Made by a program: the position numbers and the translations under genes. The notes under the pieces are model-generated. The model saw nothing but the letters and a program-made list of their open reading frames with translations. It was not told the DNA's origin and did no database searches. A stretch of DNA of 62,926 bases, the filler included, from Reticulomyxa filosa (Eukaryota > Protista > Foraminifera): NCBI GenBank assembly GCA_000512085.1. It is 17 parts of 17 records of this genome, joined end to end, with 100 filler letters (N's around TTAATTAATTAA, not from the genome) between each part and the next. Parts side by side here need not be neighbours in the genome. Positions count along the whole stretch, not along the records: positions 1 to 4,100 come from ASPP01004764.1; positions 4,201 to 7,960 come from ASPP01022847.1; positions 8,061 to 9,591 come from ASPP01025986.1; positions 9,692 to 11,637 come from ASPP01038449.1; positions 11,738 to 14,259 come from ASPP01018824.1; 12 more parts are not named here. One strand, 5' to 3'. Positions 1 through 13,669 of the stretch are shown piece by piece; the first letter of the stretch is position 1, and every line of letters begins with the position of its first letter.

Positions 1-969
1 TAAATAATAAATTATTATTATTTTCATTAATTACTGCATTTAATTTATAATAATCACTTTCATTATTTTCTTTTTTAATACAAATTTTATTCTTTTTATT
101 ATCAAAAAGTGGTAACCATTTATTTTCAATTTTTTTTTCATCATTTTCATCATCCCACACACTTACATAATTCATTATCAATGTATGATTATAATAACCA
201 CCAAATGATAATAATGTAATCGTATCTGAATCTTTATTATTATATTTTACTACACAATGATCATATAACATTATATTTCTTGGATAAGAACAAATCAATT
301 TATATTCATTACGAAGCACATTATAAGAATAACAAGATTTATCCTCTTGGCCACCACAGAGTAGTAGTTCATTTTTGTGAGTTACTACATTTTTGCCATT
401 AGCAAGTAAAAGAGGTAAGGGGGTCAAAGTATCAAACAGAGTATTAGAGAGCATTTTAATGTAGAGAAATTATCAAGTTAGTTTATTAAAACGGGGGTGA
501 AATTTAAAAAAAAAGTTTTTTCAGGGTCAACTTGTTGTCGTCAAGAGAAATCAAATTTGTTTTGTTATGTCTTTTTTACAATAATCAACACTAGTTATAA
601 TATAGTCATGCTCTAATAATAAAATAATTCGATTATGGGATAGTAATAATGAAAATTGTTGCAAACTGAGACTAGTGTGTTCAAAATGGTTTATCAATGG
701 AAAATAGCATTTGGAAGGTTCAAATGGTTACGGAAGATGAACAAAGTTGTTTATAAAATAACGTGGTAGAATTTTTTTGTGTGTAAATAATTTATTGTAA
801 AGTATTCTTGTCGAACAACATTACCAAAAATGATTTTATATTGATACTAAAAAAACAAGTAATTTGTTGATTTCAGTTAATATCGTAATAAACATTTTTT
901 TGATCATAAAAAGTAGTTTATTTTGACAATTGCGTGTGAGGTATTATTTTACAATTCAATCAAAATGTA

Positions 970-2299
970 TTATCCCCAAATATGAATTTGACCCTTACAT
1001 GAGCCATAACACAGGTAAATACCACAGCCACGATTATAATTGACTTTTTTGTTTTTTTTCAACTGTAAAAATTTCAAACATGATATCCCATCATCTTTCT
1101 CGTCTCCTTTAATCACATATAATTCCTTTTTTTCTGATCGAATATCCCAAAAACGAATTGTATTATCCATTGATCCAGAACATATTACATTTGAATAACC
1201 ACTAACTTCAGTATTATTTACTACAAATGATGAATATTCAACGGCTCTAACTGATCCAGTATGTCCATTAAATACTTGAATTTGTTTACCAGATCGAATA
1301 TCCCACAAACGAACACTTTTATCTCTTGATCCAGATAATATTGTATTTCCTAGATCATGTGATCCATATTTTACACTCCTTACATAATCTTTATGTTCTT
1401 TAAATGCAAGAAATTGTTTAGTTGTTTCAATATCCCATATACAAATTGTTTCATCATATGACCCAGAACAAATTGTATATCCATTACCACCAATTATACC
1501 AATGCCATTACTTTTATTATCGTCCCCGTTATTGCTTTGCAGTGGTGAAATATCAACACACCAAACATAATGTGTGTGTCCATTGAAAATATGTAATGAT
1601 TTCGATGTTTCAACATCCCATAAACAAATAGTATTGTTAAATGATCCAAAACACAAATATCGACCACCATTAAATGGTGAAAATTCGATCCCACAAATAC
1701 AATTATTGTGTTCATTAAATATTTCTAATTGTTGATTATTTTTAATATCCCAAAAACGAATAGTTTTGTCATATGATGAAGAACAAATGACATTACGACG
1801 ATTATTATAGTAATGATATTGTGAAAATTTTACACAAATTACTTGAGCTGAATGTTCATTAAATAATTGAATTTGCTTGTTGTTATCAATGTCCCATAAA
1901 CGAACTGTTTTGTCATCTGATCCAGAACAAATAAATTGATTACCAGCAAGTATTGAATAATCAATACTATTCACCCAATTTGTGTGTTCAGTGAATGTTT
2001 TCAGTAATTTCGAAGTTGAATAAAATGATTCAAGCATAACAATAGTTGCCTGTATTTATAAATAATTAAATATTTTGTTTGTAGTTGAATAAAAGATAAC
2101 ATAACATATTTGACAACAAGTTTGTCAAAATTATGAATCCATCCTAATTTAATGTTTAATATTCGAATCCAATATTGAATAACTATTTGAATCTCTTCTT
2201 CTTGTTCTAGTTGCTTCAATCACAGACACTTACAATAAATACAGCTTTTTCAAAAAGCAAAATGAAGCTTACCAATGTCGATCGAGTTGGAGTTGTCAT
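970..2299 (-). CDS. WD40-repeat protein (expanded lineage-specific family), 3 exons
   Basis: About 6-7 WD repeats (H..WV..CSGS.DKTVRLWD, TIRFWD, TICIWD). ATG at 2299 (MTTPTRSTL) with GTAAG donor at 2272. Exon 2 reads EEEIQIVIQYWIRILNIKLGWIHNFDKLVVKY. A GT-AG intron at 2105-2050 restores frame into ATIVMLESF; stop at 970. Confidence 0.92.
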
Positions 2300-3145
2300 C
2301 TTTTAACACTTTTTTCTCTTGAGCTTGTTCTCAGATTGTAAGGGGAAAAAACGTTTGAACTTTGTAACACTACACAAACAAGGGACATTAATATTAATAT
2401 CATGTTATTACCAAAATTTTGTACATACACTTTTTTTTAAAATTAATATAATATAATTTTTTAAAAAATTTAGAATTTAAGAATTTTAATGAAGAAATAA
2501 TATCTTGGTCATTGTTATCTTTTTTGATATTATTATTATTTTGCATTTTTTCCTTTTTATAACGAACATTTGTTCTTATTCGGTATTGTTTTTCTTGATA
2601 TTTACTTTGAATTCAACAAAGCGAACGTAGAAGTTTAACGAATCGATTATCAAAGTTTTCAACTTGCAAATTGTTTTAAAAAATTCAAAACAAAAGAATT
2701 AGCTTCATAATGGCCATCTAAAAAACCTTTGAGTGGAGTATAAAATAGATCAAGCTTCAATGCCATTGTTACTGCACAAAGCAAAGAACAAATACCAACA
2801 AGAAGCAAATGCGATGCTTGCAAGTCCATACAAAGAAATTGTTACAAATTTTGTTGTCAATCCACATACAATGCCGTAATGAAATAATACTTCAATAAAC
2901 TAATTTCAAGAACAAACAAACAGGAAATATGTAGTAAAAATCACAGATTTGAAAATACAATGTGACATAAAATTGTGGCAGTCTCCTCAGTCAAGTTATA
3001 TTTCCTAGCTTGGTTCATGTTTGAAAAAAAAATAATAAAAACAAATAAACAAAAAAAAAAACCAGGATTCAAACAGTCATCCAAACATTTGAAAAAGAAA
3101 AACGGTAAAAGCCTGCGATCTTGTGATTTTGTCAAGATATTGCTT

Positions 3146-4100
3146 CTAATCCAATATTTCAATAATATCTGATGACTTATCTTTCTTTGACTACTTTTTT
3201 TTTCTTTTTCTTTTTGTCATCATCTCCATCTTCTAATCGAACTTTTTTCTTTTTCTTTTTTATTTTGTCATCGCTTTTTAACGAGCTCTAAAAAGAGAGT
3301 GTAGTATAGTAGCATAGTACATGAATCATGAATAAAAAAGCATATAAACATATAAACAACACGTATTTTAGCAAAGATATAACTTCCTCGTTTATGTCTT
3401 AAACAAGAAATAAAGCTAAACTTGTGACTTTGTTTTTTTTTTGATTTTTTGTCCTTTGTCCTTTTTGTGAGTTGTTTTCTCTTTGGTTTTATGCGAATAA
3501 TTTTTTTCAGATTGTTCTAAGTTTGCTTCTTCTTCTTCTTCACTATCTGTCATTGGTTTAATTTTCATTACTTTCTTTGCGCTAATTTTTTGGGGTTTTT
3601 CTTTGCTTTGTTTTTTCGAAGATGCTTTTTCCTTATCGTCGCTTTCATCTGCCTCGACATCATTCTTGTGTTTTCTTTCCTTCTCCTCCTCTTCTTCTTC
3701 TTCTTCTTCTTCTTCTTCCTCTTCCTCATCCTCGTTTTCATTGTCGCTCTTTTCATCGTTGCTGTTTCCCTTTTCGCCAATCTTGTTTTCTTTTTGCCTT
3801 CTTCCCGTGCAGATTGTCCGGGTTCATTTTCGTAAATATTACCATCCCCTTCTCCATTTCGCTTTTCTTTCTCTGACAAAGAGTTGCTGTTGCCTCCAGA
3901 ATTCAAAGGCCTTTTCTGATCATTGGCAGACGCTTTGGGTTCACTTTTGCGTTCTTCGGTGGATATTGGATGTTTGTCTTTGGAAGCAATATATTCCAAC
4001 AGCATAAACATTGGATCGCTACTGGCTTTGTTTTCCGTCGTTGTTGTTGTTGTTGTTGTTGCTGTTGTTGCTGTTGTTGCTGCTGTTGCTGTTGTTGCTG
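3146..4100 (-). CDS. Low-complexity charged (Thr/Glu/Lys-rich) hypothetical protein, 5' truncated, probably frameshifted
   Basis: The ORF from the contig end reads TATT..ENKASSDPMFMLLEY... Near 3790 an alternative frame gives ..GEKGNSNDEKSDNENEDEEEEEEE..KEKASSKKQSKEK. A downstream exon-like block ends ..DKSSDIIEILD*. No family recognised. Confidence 0.45.
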
Positions 4101-4200
4101 NNNNNNNNNNNNNNNNNNNNNNNNNNNNNNNNNNNNNNNNNNNNTTAATTAATTAANNNNNNNNNNNNNNNNNNNNNNNNNNNNNNNNNNNNNNNNNNNN
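4101..4200. other. Artificial contig spacer N44-TTAATTAATTAA-N44; identical spacers start at 7961, 9592, 11638, 14260, 16352, 17500, 19425, 26128, 29113, 32538, 35486, 41497, 43887, 45400, 48352
   Basis: Identical 100-bp N-flanked cassette with stops in all six frames, 16 copies. Confidence 0.99.
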
Positions 4201-4219
4201 TTTTCTTTGCAACCTACTG

Positions 4220-4850
4220 TAGAATATTTTGTATGAAATTTTCATCACATTATTATTATCACAATCATTATATCAAAATTTCACTTGCTCTTCATCAAAT
4301 AACGGTACTATTCGTTTCTAGGACATCAAGAATAATCAACCATTACAATTATTCAATGAACATGCTTGTTATTGAATTCTTATCATTCAACAGTGGTCGA
4401 TATTTATGTTCTGTATTAGTTGACAAAACTGTTTATTTATAAGATATTAAATATCCAAATTATTACATGTTTTCAATGAACATAAGGTGTTATTTGATAT
4501 GTTGATATTTCATCATTGCAAAGTAACACCAAGAATGATAATAATACTGGCTGTAATAGATATACCATTTGTTCTGGATTATTGGATAAAAGCATTCGAA
4601 TATTGAATACTGAAACAACTAAACATACGATTGTATTTAAAGGACATGAAAATGCAGTGAATAATGTAAAATATGAATCAAATGAATTAGGAATTAATGA
4701 TAGTGCAAATATAATATTATCTGGATCATTTGATAAAAGTGTTCATTTTTGGGATATTCGATCAAATATGAATGAATTATATGTTATCAATGAAGATAAA
4801 AAAGACAAGTGAATATACTGTCTTGAATTTCTACAATTAAAAAAGACCGG
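4220..4850 (+). pseudogene. Degenerate WD40-family paralog
   Basis: Fragments collinear with the 970-2299 protein (MKFSSHYY, FNSGRYLCS, YTICSGLLDKSIRI, GHENAVNNVKY, ILSGSFDKSVHFWDIRS), broken by stops, frameshifts and deletions. Confidence 0.85.
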
Positions 4851-6642
4851 TAATGTCGCCAAAGGAACTAACTGGAGTCGACAATATGTTGTCTTTGCTA
4901 AAATACAGCGTTCTGTATTTTCCCGTTTCAGTCATCCACCTTGCAGGCATAAGGATTGGTGTGTCATGTGATACATTTCCGCTTTTGTGATCAAACTTCT
5001 CTCCTACATCCTCTCCAGCTTGAAAGAAAGAGAGCAGTTGCAAAAATAATAAATCGTGTCTGCGTGTATATTTTTTTATGCAAAAAAAAAGTGTTACAAG
5101 ATTTTTTTGTTATTACACATACACTGAATAAAATATAATAACCTTTTTTAGTTGAGCTGCCTTTGACACCAAATATGGGAATTTGTAAGTCAAAAACCAT
5201 TTCATTGCTTGTATTGCTTGCAGTTTTCGATTATAAGAAAGATGATGATTGTGTGGCACCCACAAAAGCAATTCTACCAAATCCATCAGAAATGTTTAGC
5301 GACAGATATTTGAACTTTCAGGATTGAAGTTTAGTTTGTGAGTCACTTTATTCCCGTTACTTGAACGAGCGAAGATAACCTTAAAGTCATTTTCTTTAAA
5401 AATTAATAAATTAAATTTTTCTTTATTATCTTTGTTGGACATTATAATCTACATCATCTTCTGATATGCATAAAAGGTTCTTTTTATTATTATATTAACA
5501 AAACTTAATTCTTTGGAAAAAAATCAGCTATTTTATTTTATTTTTTAAAAATTATTCTTAAAAAATTGATTATTTTGAAACAAACTTTTAGTCTACCAAC
5601 AATATAATATGGCAGACCAAATCATCAAAAAGACTACCACGGAATGTGTATACTTTAAAGCTTTGGATGAGACTGAAGAACTAAACTTGGTTCAAACCAC
5701 CTTCGATTTGGAACACTTGCGAACGCAAATTACATTTGCTGTGTTGATTGGAAAAAAAACTATTCCTCTATTATGACGAAAAGTATTTATTTACAATTAA
5801 ACATTGCTCAGATCACAAAATTTTTAAAAATTGTATAAATAAGCATATCCATAATATCACAAACTAAATTTTTTAAACTAATCTTTTCTTACAATCTAAT
5901 TACATTGTTATAATTTGTAAATATTTATCATCATTCCCAAACAATAAAATGGCACTATGCATTGATCTGAAGAAAATCAAGTATACACTAACATTTTGTT
6001 TGATATGTGCAATATACTTTTACACAGTGGAGCCAAAGACAAATGTCAAGCTGGAGCAATCTCAAGAAATTTCTTCCTTTCTGTGGCAAATTGACAGCAA
6101 AAACTCAAAATTGTGGAATAGTAAAATAAGACTTGCATCTAAGTCTTTTCGTGTTGTCTCAAAAATAAATGCTGAAAGCAGTGTACAATTGACGGTATAT
6201 CTCAGTCAATTGGAGACTCGAAATGACTCAGGAGTTGTGACATTGGAGTGCCAAAATGTATCCAGCCCAACACTCAAGATTGAATAGGTACACTATAAAA
6301 AAATATATACGTTATATGAGGAGATGATAGTTGTGTATTATATGTGAAATCGTTAAAAATTGTGCTACCACCGAAAAATCGTACGGTCACTTCTACTTTT
6401 CCCCTTTTTTTTTTCCCAAGATTTTGGTGAGCTTTTCTGGTGTGTGCATCTGCGTGACAACGAAACTAATTGCAAAAAGCATCGATTTTATTCTTATTGA
6501 TACAGCTTTTTATTATTTTCTAATTGCCTTTTTCTTGCGGGACAACAGTTAAGCGAGCTTTGCGTCCGACCATCAACAAAGGGGAAATTAGAAAAAACAA
6601 AAAATAATTGTCAGACAAAATTTACAACAAAAAACAAAGACA

Positions 6643-6996
6643 ATGGCAAAATCAGAAACACAAGCCAAAGGATTAGATTTACAAGCGGCACAAGAAATCT
6701 TGCGTGAAGAGATTAGTGGTGTGCTTGCAGACAGTCAATTTGATGCTCATAAAGTGCAGCAATGGTGTCAACGCATTGTAACAAATGTACTGAAAAAATT
6801 GGTGGAAGCAAATAAAAATCAAGATATTCAATATAAATATGTCGTGAATACGTTTGTTTTGGAAAAAACAGGAGCCGGTCTTCACAGCACTAGTAGCTGC
6901 TTGTGGGACAAGCTCTCAGATTCGTCGACATCTTATCAATGGAACAATGACCACATGTTTTGTGTGACCAGTGTCTGGGCGCTAAGATGCAATTAG
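6643..6996 (+). CDS. DYNLT1: Dynein light chain, Tctex-1 type
   Basis: 117 aa intronless ORF with Tctex motifs KVQQW..IV..VLKKL, YKYVV, GAGLH..SSCLWD..SD, W.N..MFCV.SVW. Confidence 0.95.
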   Translation: MAKSETQAKGLDLQAAQEILREEISGVLADSQFDAHKVQQWCQRIVTNVLKKLVEANKNQDIQYKYVVNTFVLEKTGAGLHSTSSCLWDKLSDSSTSYQWNNDHMFCVTSVWALRCN

Positions 6997-9110
6997 ATTT
7001 TTTTTTTTTTTGCTGCTTGTGTTTTTTTATCTATGAAAAAAGAAAAAATATACGTGAAAGCCAACACTGTGAAGAAAATACCAACCTCATTCACAAATGC
7101 AACGATGTGATGATAAGATTGTTTCATTCAATATCTTGTCGAGAGGTTTTTTGTCTGGTTGTTTAAATGAACACGTTGGCTAATTTTTGTTTGTTTCTGT
7201 TTCTTTTTGTCAGTGAGTTGTACTGATGAAGGTTAAAAATTACAAACATGAATTTTTTTTTGCATTTTAGGGTATGCGTTAAACAAACGTTATGTTTGTT
7301 GTTTTGTTATTCCCTGAACAAATTCAGGCCTGTCCAAAAAAAATGTGGGAACTGAAAAAAACTCTTTTATCTCCTTGAATTTTTTTTGCAATTTTTGGAA
7401 GATGTGCGATTTTGTCTTTTTCCCACGAACTTGAGACATAAAACTTAACAAATTGTGGAAAGCGCATACATCTTTTTTTATAAAATTATTTGTAATATTT
7501 GCAATAAATTGTATTCAAATTTTTTGCATCTTTTTTAAACAACTTTTCTTTTTGGTTTAAAAAGATCTTTGCAGGAGACTCAATTTTTTAATCGACATTT
7601 GACAAGTATAATTGATTTTAAGATAAAAAAGTTTCAAATTTTTATAAATTATATCTATGCTCGTTTTTAATAAGAATGCTTAGGAGTTCAATTTTTTAAT
7701 AATTGTCCAAAAATTAGTTAAATTTCTTCCTTGTAAGAAATTTGAAATTTTTAATTTCCTAGATTTAAAGTAAATCATTTTCCAGAAGTGACAGATACAA
7801 AGAGAACAGCGTTTTGTGAAAATTTTTTGGTTTTAGAACAGTTTAAATTGTTAGGAATAATATTTTATTAACAGTGATCTTAAAATGTATTTAATAAATT
7901 GTTAAAAAAATTTGACCTCGTAAAAATTTACTGAAAGTTTTGTACACCTTCTGTTGATTTNNNNNNNNNNNNNNNNNNNNNNNNNNNNNNNNNNNNNNNN
8001 NNNNTTAATTAATTAANNNNNNNNNNNNNNNNNNNNNNNNNNNNNNNNNNNNNNNNNNNNTTTTGTTTAAAAAATAAGAAATTAATTTTATCATCGTGTT
8101 CGAACAACTTCAACAAACATTTTCCAAGAGAAGCCAAGAAGTTGTTTTAAAAGCAATTCTATTTTGCAAAAATATATTCGCATATTCTGGATGTACTATA
8201 TCCTTTATCCACTGACTCACGTCCGATTGTGTGACTAAATGCAATTACATTTTAACAAAAGTGTATTGATTTAAAAAGAGAAAGGTTAAACATAAAATAT
8301 TGTAATTGTTTTGTTCAGAAGATTGTTCTTGATTGTGTATAAAATCTTCACTACTATTGAGATATTTGCTGCAATAACAATAATTCCTTGTTGTCCATTC
8401 TTGATCATTTCATCATCAACGACTTTATCTTTGGGACTTTTATATCAATCACATATAGACAATTCTGAAATGTTACTTTATAAAACGATCTCAATTCATT
8501 TCTTCCTATAACATTAGTTTGTTTCAATAAATTTGGATAACCAAAATCTTTACTATCTTTTGTTTGTAACTTGGCCTTTTTTTTTAGAACTCTCGGATTG
8601 TGACCTCAATAATCAACTATGCATCTTTGACAGGATACGTTTTTGTTGCGCTCGAAATCGAGACACATACCCTCTTCTAGGTCGAAGCACAAATGGCCTT
8701 AATGCGTGGTTTAGTAGTACTATTGCTCTTCCAAAAAAGATTGGAAAATACACTGCACACAATCACAATCAGCAAACATTTGACGCACCACACCAACTGA
8801 AGGACGAAAAACATATAATCATATGTCTCATTTTCTGGGAAAGAGTTTTTGCCATCAAAAGTGATGGACATATCACACTTCTCACTCTTCATATGCATTT
8901 GATCAATGACAATAACGACAGTTATAATAACAAGAGTGTTCAAAATGAAATGAGAAAAATAAATATTCAAAAGCAAAATCAATCAATTTACAAATAAAAT
9001 GCTCTATAAAGAGAAATGATTAAAATACGTCATGTTAATTCGTTATGTAAAAAAAATCTATTTCATTTAATTCGCTCAAAAGAAAAAATTAAATTATTCA
9101 AAAAAAGGTG

Positions 9111-9480
9111 TTATCCCCAAATGTGATGTCCTTTAATTGTAAAAATGTAAGGCAATATATTTCACCATCTCCTTTGATAACGTATAATTCTTTCTTTTTT
9201 GATCGCATTTGAATTACCATCAACAACTTCACTAGTATTCCTTATTACAAATGGTGAATATCCCATAAACGAAGTGTTTTGTCACAGGCCCAGGACACAA
9301 ATATATACCACCATTAAATGATGAAAATTCAATTCCACAAACACTACTAGTGTGTCCATTGAAGAACAAATGACATTTTGACAATGATTATGATAATGAT
9401 ATATGCAAATTTTACACGATACACAAAATCTGAATGTCCATTGAATGATTGTATTTGTTTGTTAATATCAAAATCAAATG
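9111..9480 (-). pseudogene. Heavily deleted WD40-family remnant
   Basis: Patches match the 970-2037 gene at DNA level (ttatccccaaat, ccaccattaaatg.tgaaaattc, atcccataaacgaa, gaagaacaaatgacatt). Confidence 0.8.
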
Positions 9481-10219
9481 AATATTAGATTAAAATGAAA
9501 TTGGAATTAATTTTCAATGATGTTGGCAACAACAGCAATAAAGACATTATTTATATTATCATTTTGTTTTGTTTTGTCTTTTACATTGAATNNNNNNNNN
9601 NNNNNNNNNNNNNNNNNNNNNNNNNNNNNNNNNNNTTAATTAATTAANNNNNNNNNNNNNNNNNNNNNNNNNNNNNNNNNNNNNNNNNNNNAACTGTAAT
9701 TCAAATTTCTGCATCATTTGCTCTGATGTTTTTTGTTTGTCAAAACTGTAACCATTCATTCATCCTTTTTTAAAAAAATGCAAATCTACTGACTAATTCG
9801 TTAACATCAATACTCTAACCTTTCAAAGTTTGAAAGATTCTCATTGCCCATTTCACTTTGTGTTCTCAATGCTGCTACACAAACACAAACTATATTACTT
9901 TTTAAGACTGTCACTAGCTAAACCCTTTGTGTATTTTCTTGTTTCTAAAGTTTAAATCGAGAAAAAAAACCAAGACCAAAAAGAAAATAAAAAAATCAAT
10001 GTATCCAGAATTTGTAAGGAGATCTATTTCCAAGAGTGTTTTAGATATGTTTTTTATTTTTATGCGATCATGTAACTGTACTTTGAAATATGCGAACATT
10101 TCATTAACTTTGTAATAAAAAAAAAAATAAATTAAAAAGAAAGCCAACCACTTGGCACATGGCTTTAAAAAAAATATTAATACAATTTCGTTTGCACCAC
10201 TTCACTCACAAACAAAGTT

Positions 10220-11610
10220 TTAATTTTCACCTGCGTTGCCAGCGTTTGCAACTCCCACATCGTCAATTGGTTGTTCATCAACCATCTAATAATCTTTTTC
10301 CAAGAGCTACGTCTTCACGAACTTCAATTCCTTTCCTACGTACCAATTCACCACGCTCTTTGGGAGTACATAATACCATACTTTTAGGCATGCGTTTACT
10401 AAATACTCGCGAAATGCCTGTGTTGTTGGCTATCATCACAACATTTTTATTAAATGCTCCAATACCATTCGATTCTAATGCTGCTGGTACCTCATTTAAG
10501 TCTATCTTGAGGCCAGTTGGGCACCACTCGACCAACATTATTTTATTGTTGGTTTCAACCATTGGACCGTTGCGTTTGCTTCTTTTGATTTTAAATCCAC
10601 GATAATTTAAGGAAATGGCCATATGTTTGTCTTCAGCGGGATCAAATTCCGTGTATTTCACAAAACAGTCGCTGGCTTAAAACAATCCGTAATTTTTTGG
10701 ATATCGTTTGGCGCGGTTGACACATCAACTTTTGGAATAATTGGGCTCATTCCAGTAGTCATAAAATGCAAACTAGGGAAAGGGACTAAGTTCGTTTGCA
10801 ACTCGTTAAGTATACGTCTAATTACCGCTAAATCGCAAAGACGGAGTATGGCGGAGATAACCTTCGAAATTAATTTATTTAAGTTATCTATATCTGGTTT
10901 GGCAATTCGCAATTGCTTTTGGCAGATCCCGTAAATGGCCTCGTTATCCAATAACAAAGAAACTTCCTTGCGGTCCAACAACCAATGCCTCTCCAACAAC
11001 GCATTATAAGGTTCTACTACGCAGGTGAACAAATTTGGTGAAGGGTATACACCAAAGCCAATTTTTGGCTTCTTTCTTATAGTCAACCGCCAAACGTTCC
11101 AAACTTAAGGCGCCCAACCCTGAGCCAGTGCCTCCGCCTGCACTGTGTCCGATTACAAAGCCCGTTCCATTGTCGCAATTATCGACAAGTTTTCTCAATC
11201 GGTCATTTACTTCATCGATAATTTGTTTACCGATTGTATAATGACCTCGGGCAAATTTATTTGCTAAGTCCTCTTTCCCATGGACTAAACACTCAGGGAG
11301 GGATATGGCCACAAAAGGGCCGTTTCTTACATCATCAATTGCGTTCAGTTCCAAATCAACCTATTTTTTCTTGTGAGTTATACGTAACACGGAAAAACGA
11401 CTCGCCAATAGAGTACTTAACTGCAGTGTCATAAGGAAATTGTCCACTACCTGCTTCTTCAAAGAAGACCTTGAAAGGGTCGTCCTTTCCTGCGTTCTCG
11501 TTTCTTTTGCCACCGTTGTCAATTGCGTGCTTTGCGCAATATTGTTCACAGATGGCGTTTTCTAGTTGTATGCCGGCTTGGCCAACTTCAATTGTGAGAA
11601 CTTCTCTCAT
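10220..11610 (-). pseudogene. TUBA: Divergent alpha-tubulin pseudogene
   Basis: Motifs [76 protein letters not shown] are present. Frameshifts near 11078, 10668 and 10385, substitutions at conserved sites and a degraded C-terminus. Confidence 0.9.
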
Positions 11611-13669
11611 TTTATTTTTAACAACTAAATGACACTTNNNNNNNNNNNNNNNNNNNNNNNNNNNNNNNNNNNNNNNNNNNNTTAATTAATTAANNNNNNN
11701 NNNNNNNNNNNNNNNNNNNNNNNNNNNNNNNNNNNNNCATGGCTGAACGCTTATGGAACTGAGGAGCTCCCTTTGGGTTAAACCTCATCAACAAACGACC
11801 TCTTACTTCTTTTGTCTTTGATTTATTCTTTAATGTACTTTTGTTTACTGAAAGTCACTCTCATTGAGAGTAACACTATTTCGTATTACATTTAGTGAAG
11901 CTCTTCACTGTAGACTCCCTACAAAAACATCAATACTGTCAATTTGAAAATGTTTGAAACCAAATTTTTCTCATTCTTCGTAGCTAAAAAAACATCTGCA
12001 TGCTTTAGAATAACTTTGCTCATGATTGAGTTATATCACGATAAGTTATTTTTTTAACAAACGCTTCATTTTTGGATCTTACTATAGTGTTTGTTAAATT
12101 TGTTTTTGAAGTATTTAGATTGTAACGTGTGTTTGCTGTTTGGTGCATGATTTGCTCGCCACCAATTGGTCCACTTCTGCTAATTCATATGACTGAATCA
12201 CATCCAAATATACTTTTGCTGCTTAAATTTGTTGCTTCATTTATATATATATATATAATGTGTTGGTTGTAAGTCTTCACTTAGTGACAAGCTTACACTG
12301 TCATTTTTGTCATGAGTTAGATGTCGATTTCCACTTGAATCAATTGTCACGATATTATGAATGATAACACCACCGCCTCCGCCACACTGGTTGCATCATA
12401 CATATCGTTAGACAAACATTTTTCCTTTGTTCTAAAGAATAGTACAATTTTTCGATCGTAAGCATAAGCTTTTCATTAGCACTTGAGCCAACATCTACAT
12501 TCTTAACTGCTTGAATTTGCGCGTGTCTACATACGTATAAATATCGTTTTGTCCGCACAACTTGATGCTGGTGTGATATAAGATTGATCTACAATCATAC
12601 ATTTTTACTTACTACATTTATCCTGATATTCGATCTCCTTTCATACACTTTCTTGTAAGAATTAACCTAACTTCTATCTTGTTTCTACTACAAAGTAATA
12701 CTGACTCCATCTATTGTTTGTGTTCCACAAACAATTTGCTAGAATATTCGATAATTTGACTTGTGCTAATTATGTTAAAATTATTATATTGTTTCTTTTT
12801 TTGATCTATATTGCTAACTGCTGCTCTGACTATGCATTGTTAATCGTTAAACTATCATTTTTTACTATGCAACATTGAATATTGTAGCTTTTCAATCGTA
12901 AGCATTAGAATATCATTTTCACTCAAGCTTCTATACAAGTACTTAATTAATTGTCCTTTTCACTCGAATTTTGTGCCATCAGTGTCAGTATGTATAAAAA
13001 TTACTTTGTATACACAAACATTGCTGATACAGTGCATATTGCTAACTAACATTCTATATGTTTTTTCATTTTTTTTTTAATATTAACACTTTCACTTATA
13101 TTTTACACTAACAACTATCTTCTGGCGCATTACATTCTTTTTTAACACCATTTTCTTCACAATTTTCTTCATTGCACTTGTAATCTAGAATGAATGCATT
13201 GGACATTCTCCTTTCAAATATGGTTAAGCCAAAGCTTTTCGCAATGGTTACAAGTCTTTTTGTCAGTCCCGCTTGTAGAGACTATGGTATTGCATGTATT
13301 ATTTTCAAGAACTTTAAACGGTAAAAAACACAGCGGAAAATTAAAGTTTGAATATGCCTTTTCCAGTTCACTGGTATGTTTTCGAACGACTAAGTTCGTG
13401 TCCAGACAATAACTGGTTTAACATGTTACTGTTCTCAACACAATGGAAAAATCTCAAGATCCAAAAGAGTATCGGAATTTTTCCTTATTATTAAAAAGAA
13501 AAACTAAATTGATCGACACATAACCGTCAAGTAAGGGCAGAACTTGAAGACGTTTTAATGACACCAATAACTCTTCAGACCTTAAAATTAATTTAGTGAA
13601 TCTTTCGATTATATAAAAGGTGTTACAAAACTATACCAGTTGAAAAAAACCTTGCTCATAGCTCCTACC

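Noticed and set aside
3590-4156. Hydrophobic or poly-Cys/Val/Ser ORFs on the + strand (likewise antisense ORFs at 41793-43831, 55267-55928 and 60945-61613)
   Set aside because: Shadow frames of trinucleotide-repeat-rich genes on the opposite strand.
5609-6287. Short ORFs MADQIIKKTT.. and 5949-6287
   Set aside because: No recognisable motif or splice structure; may be gene debris.
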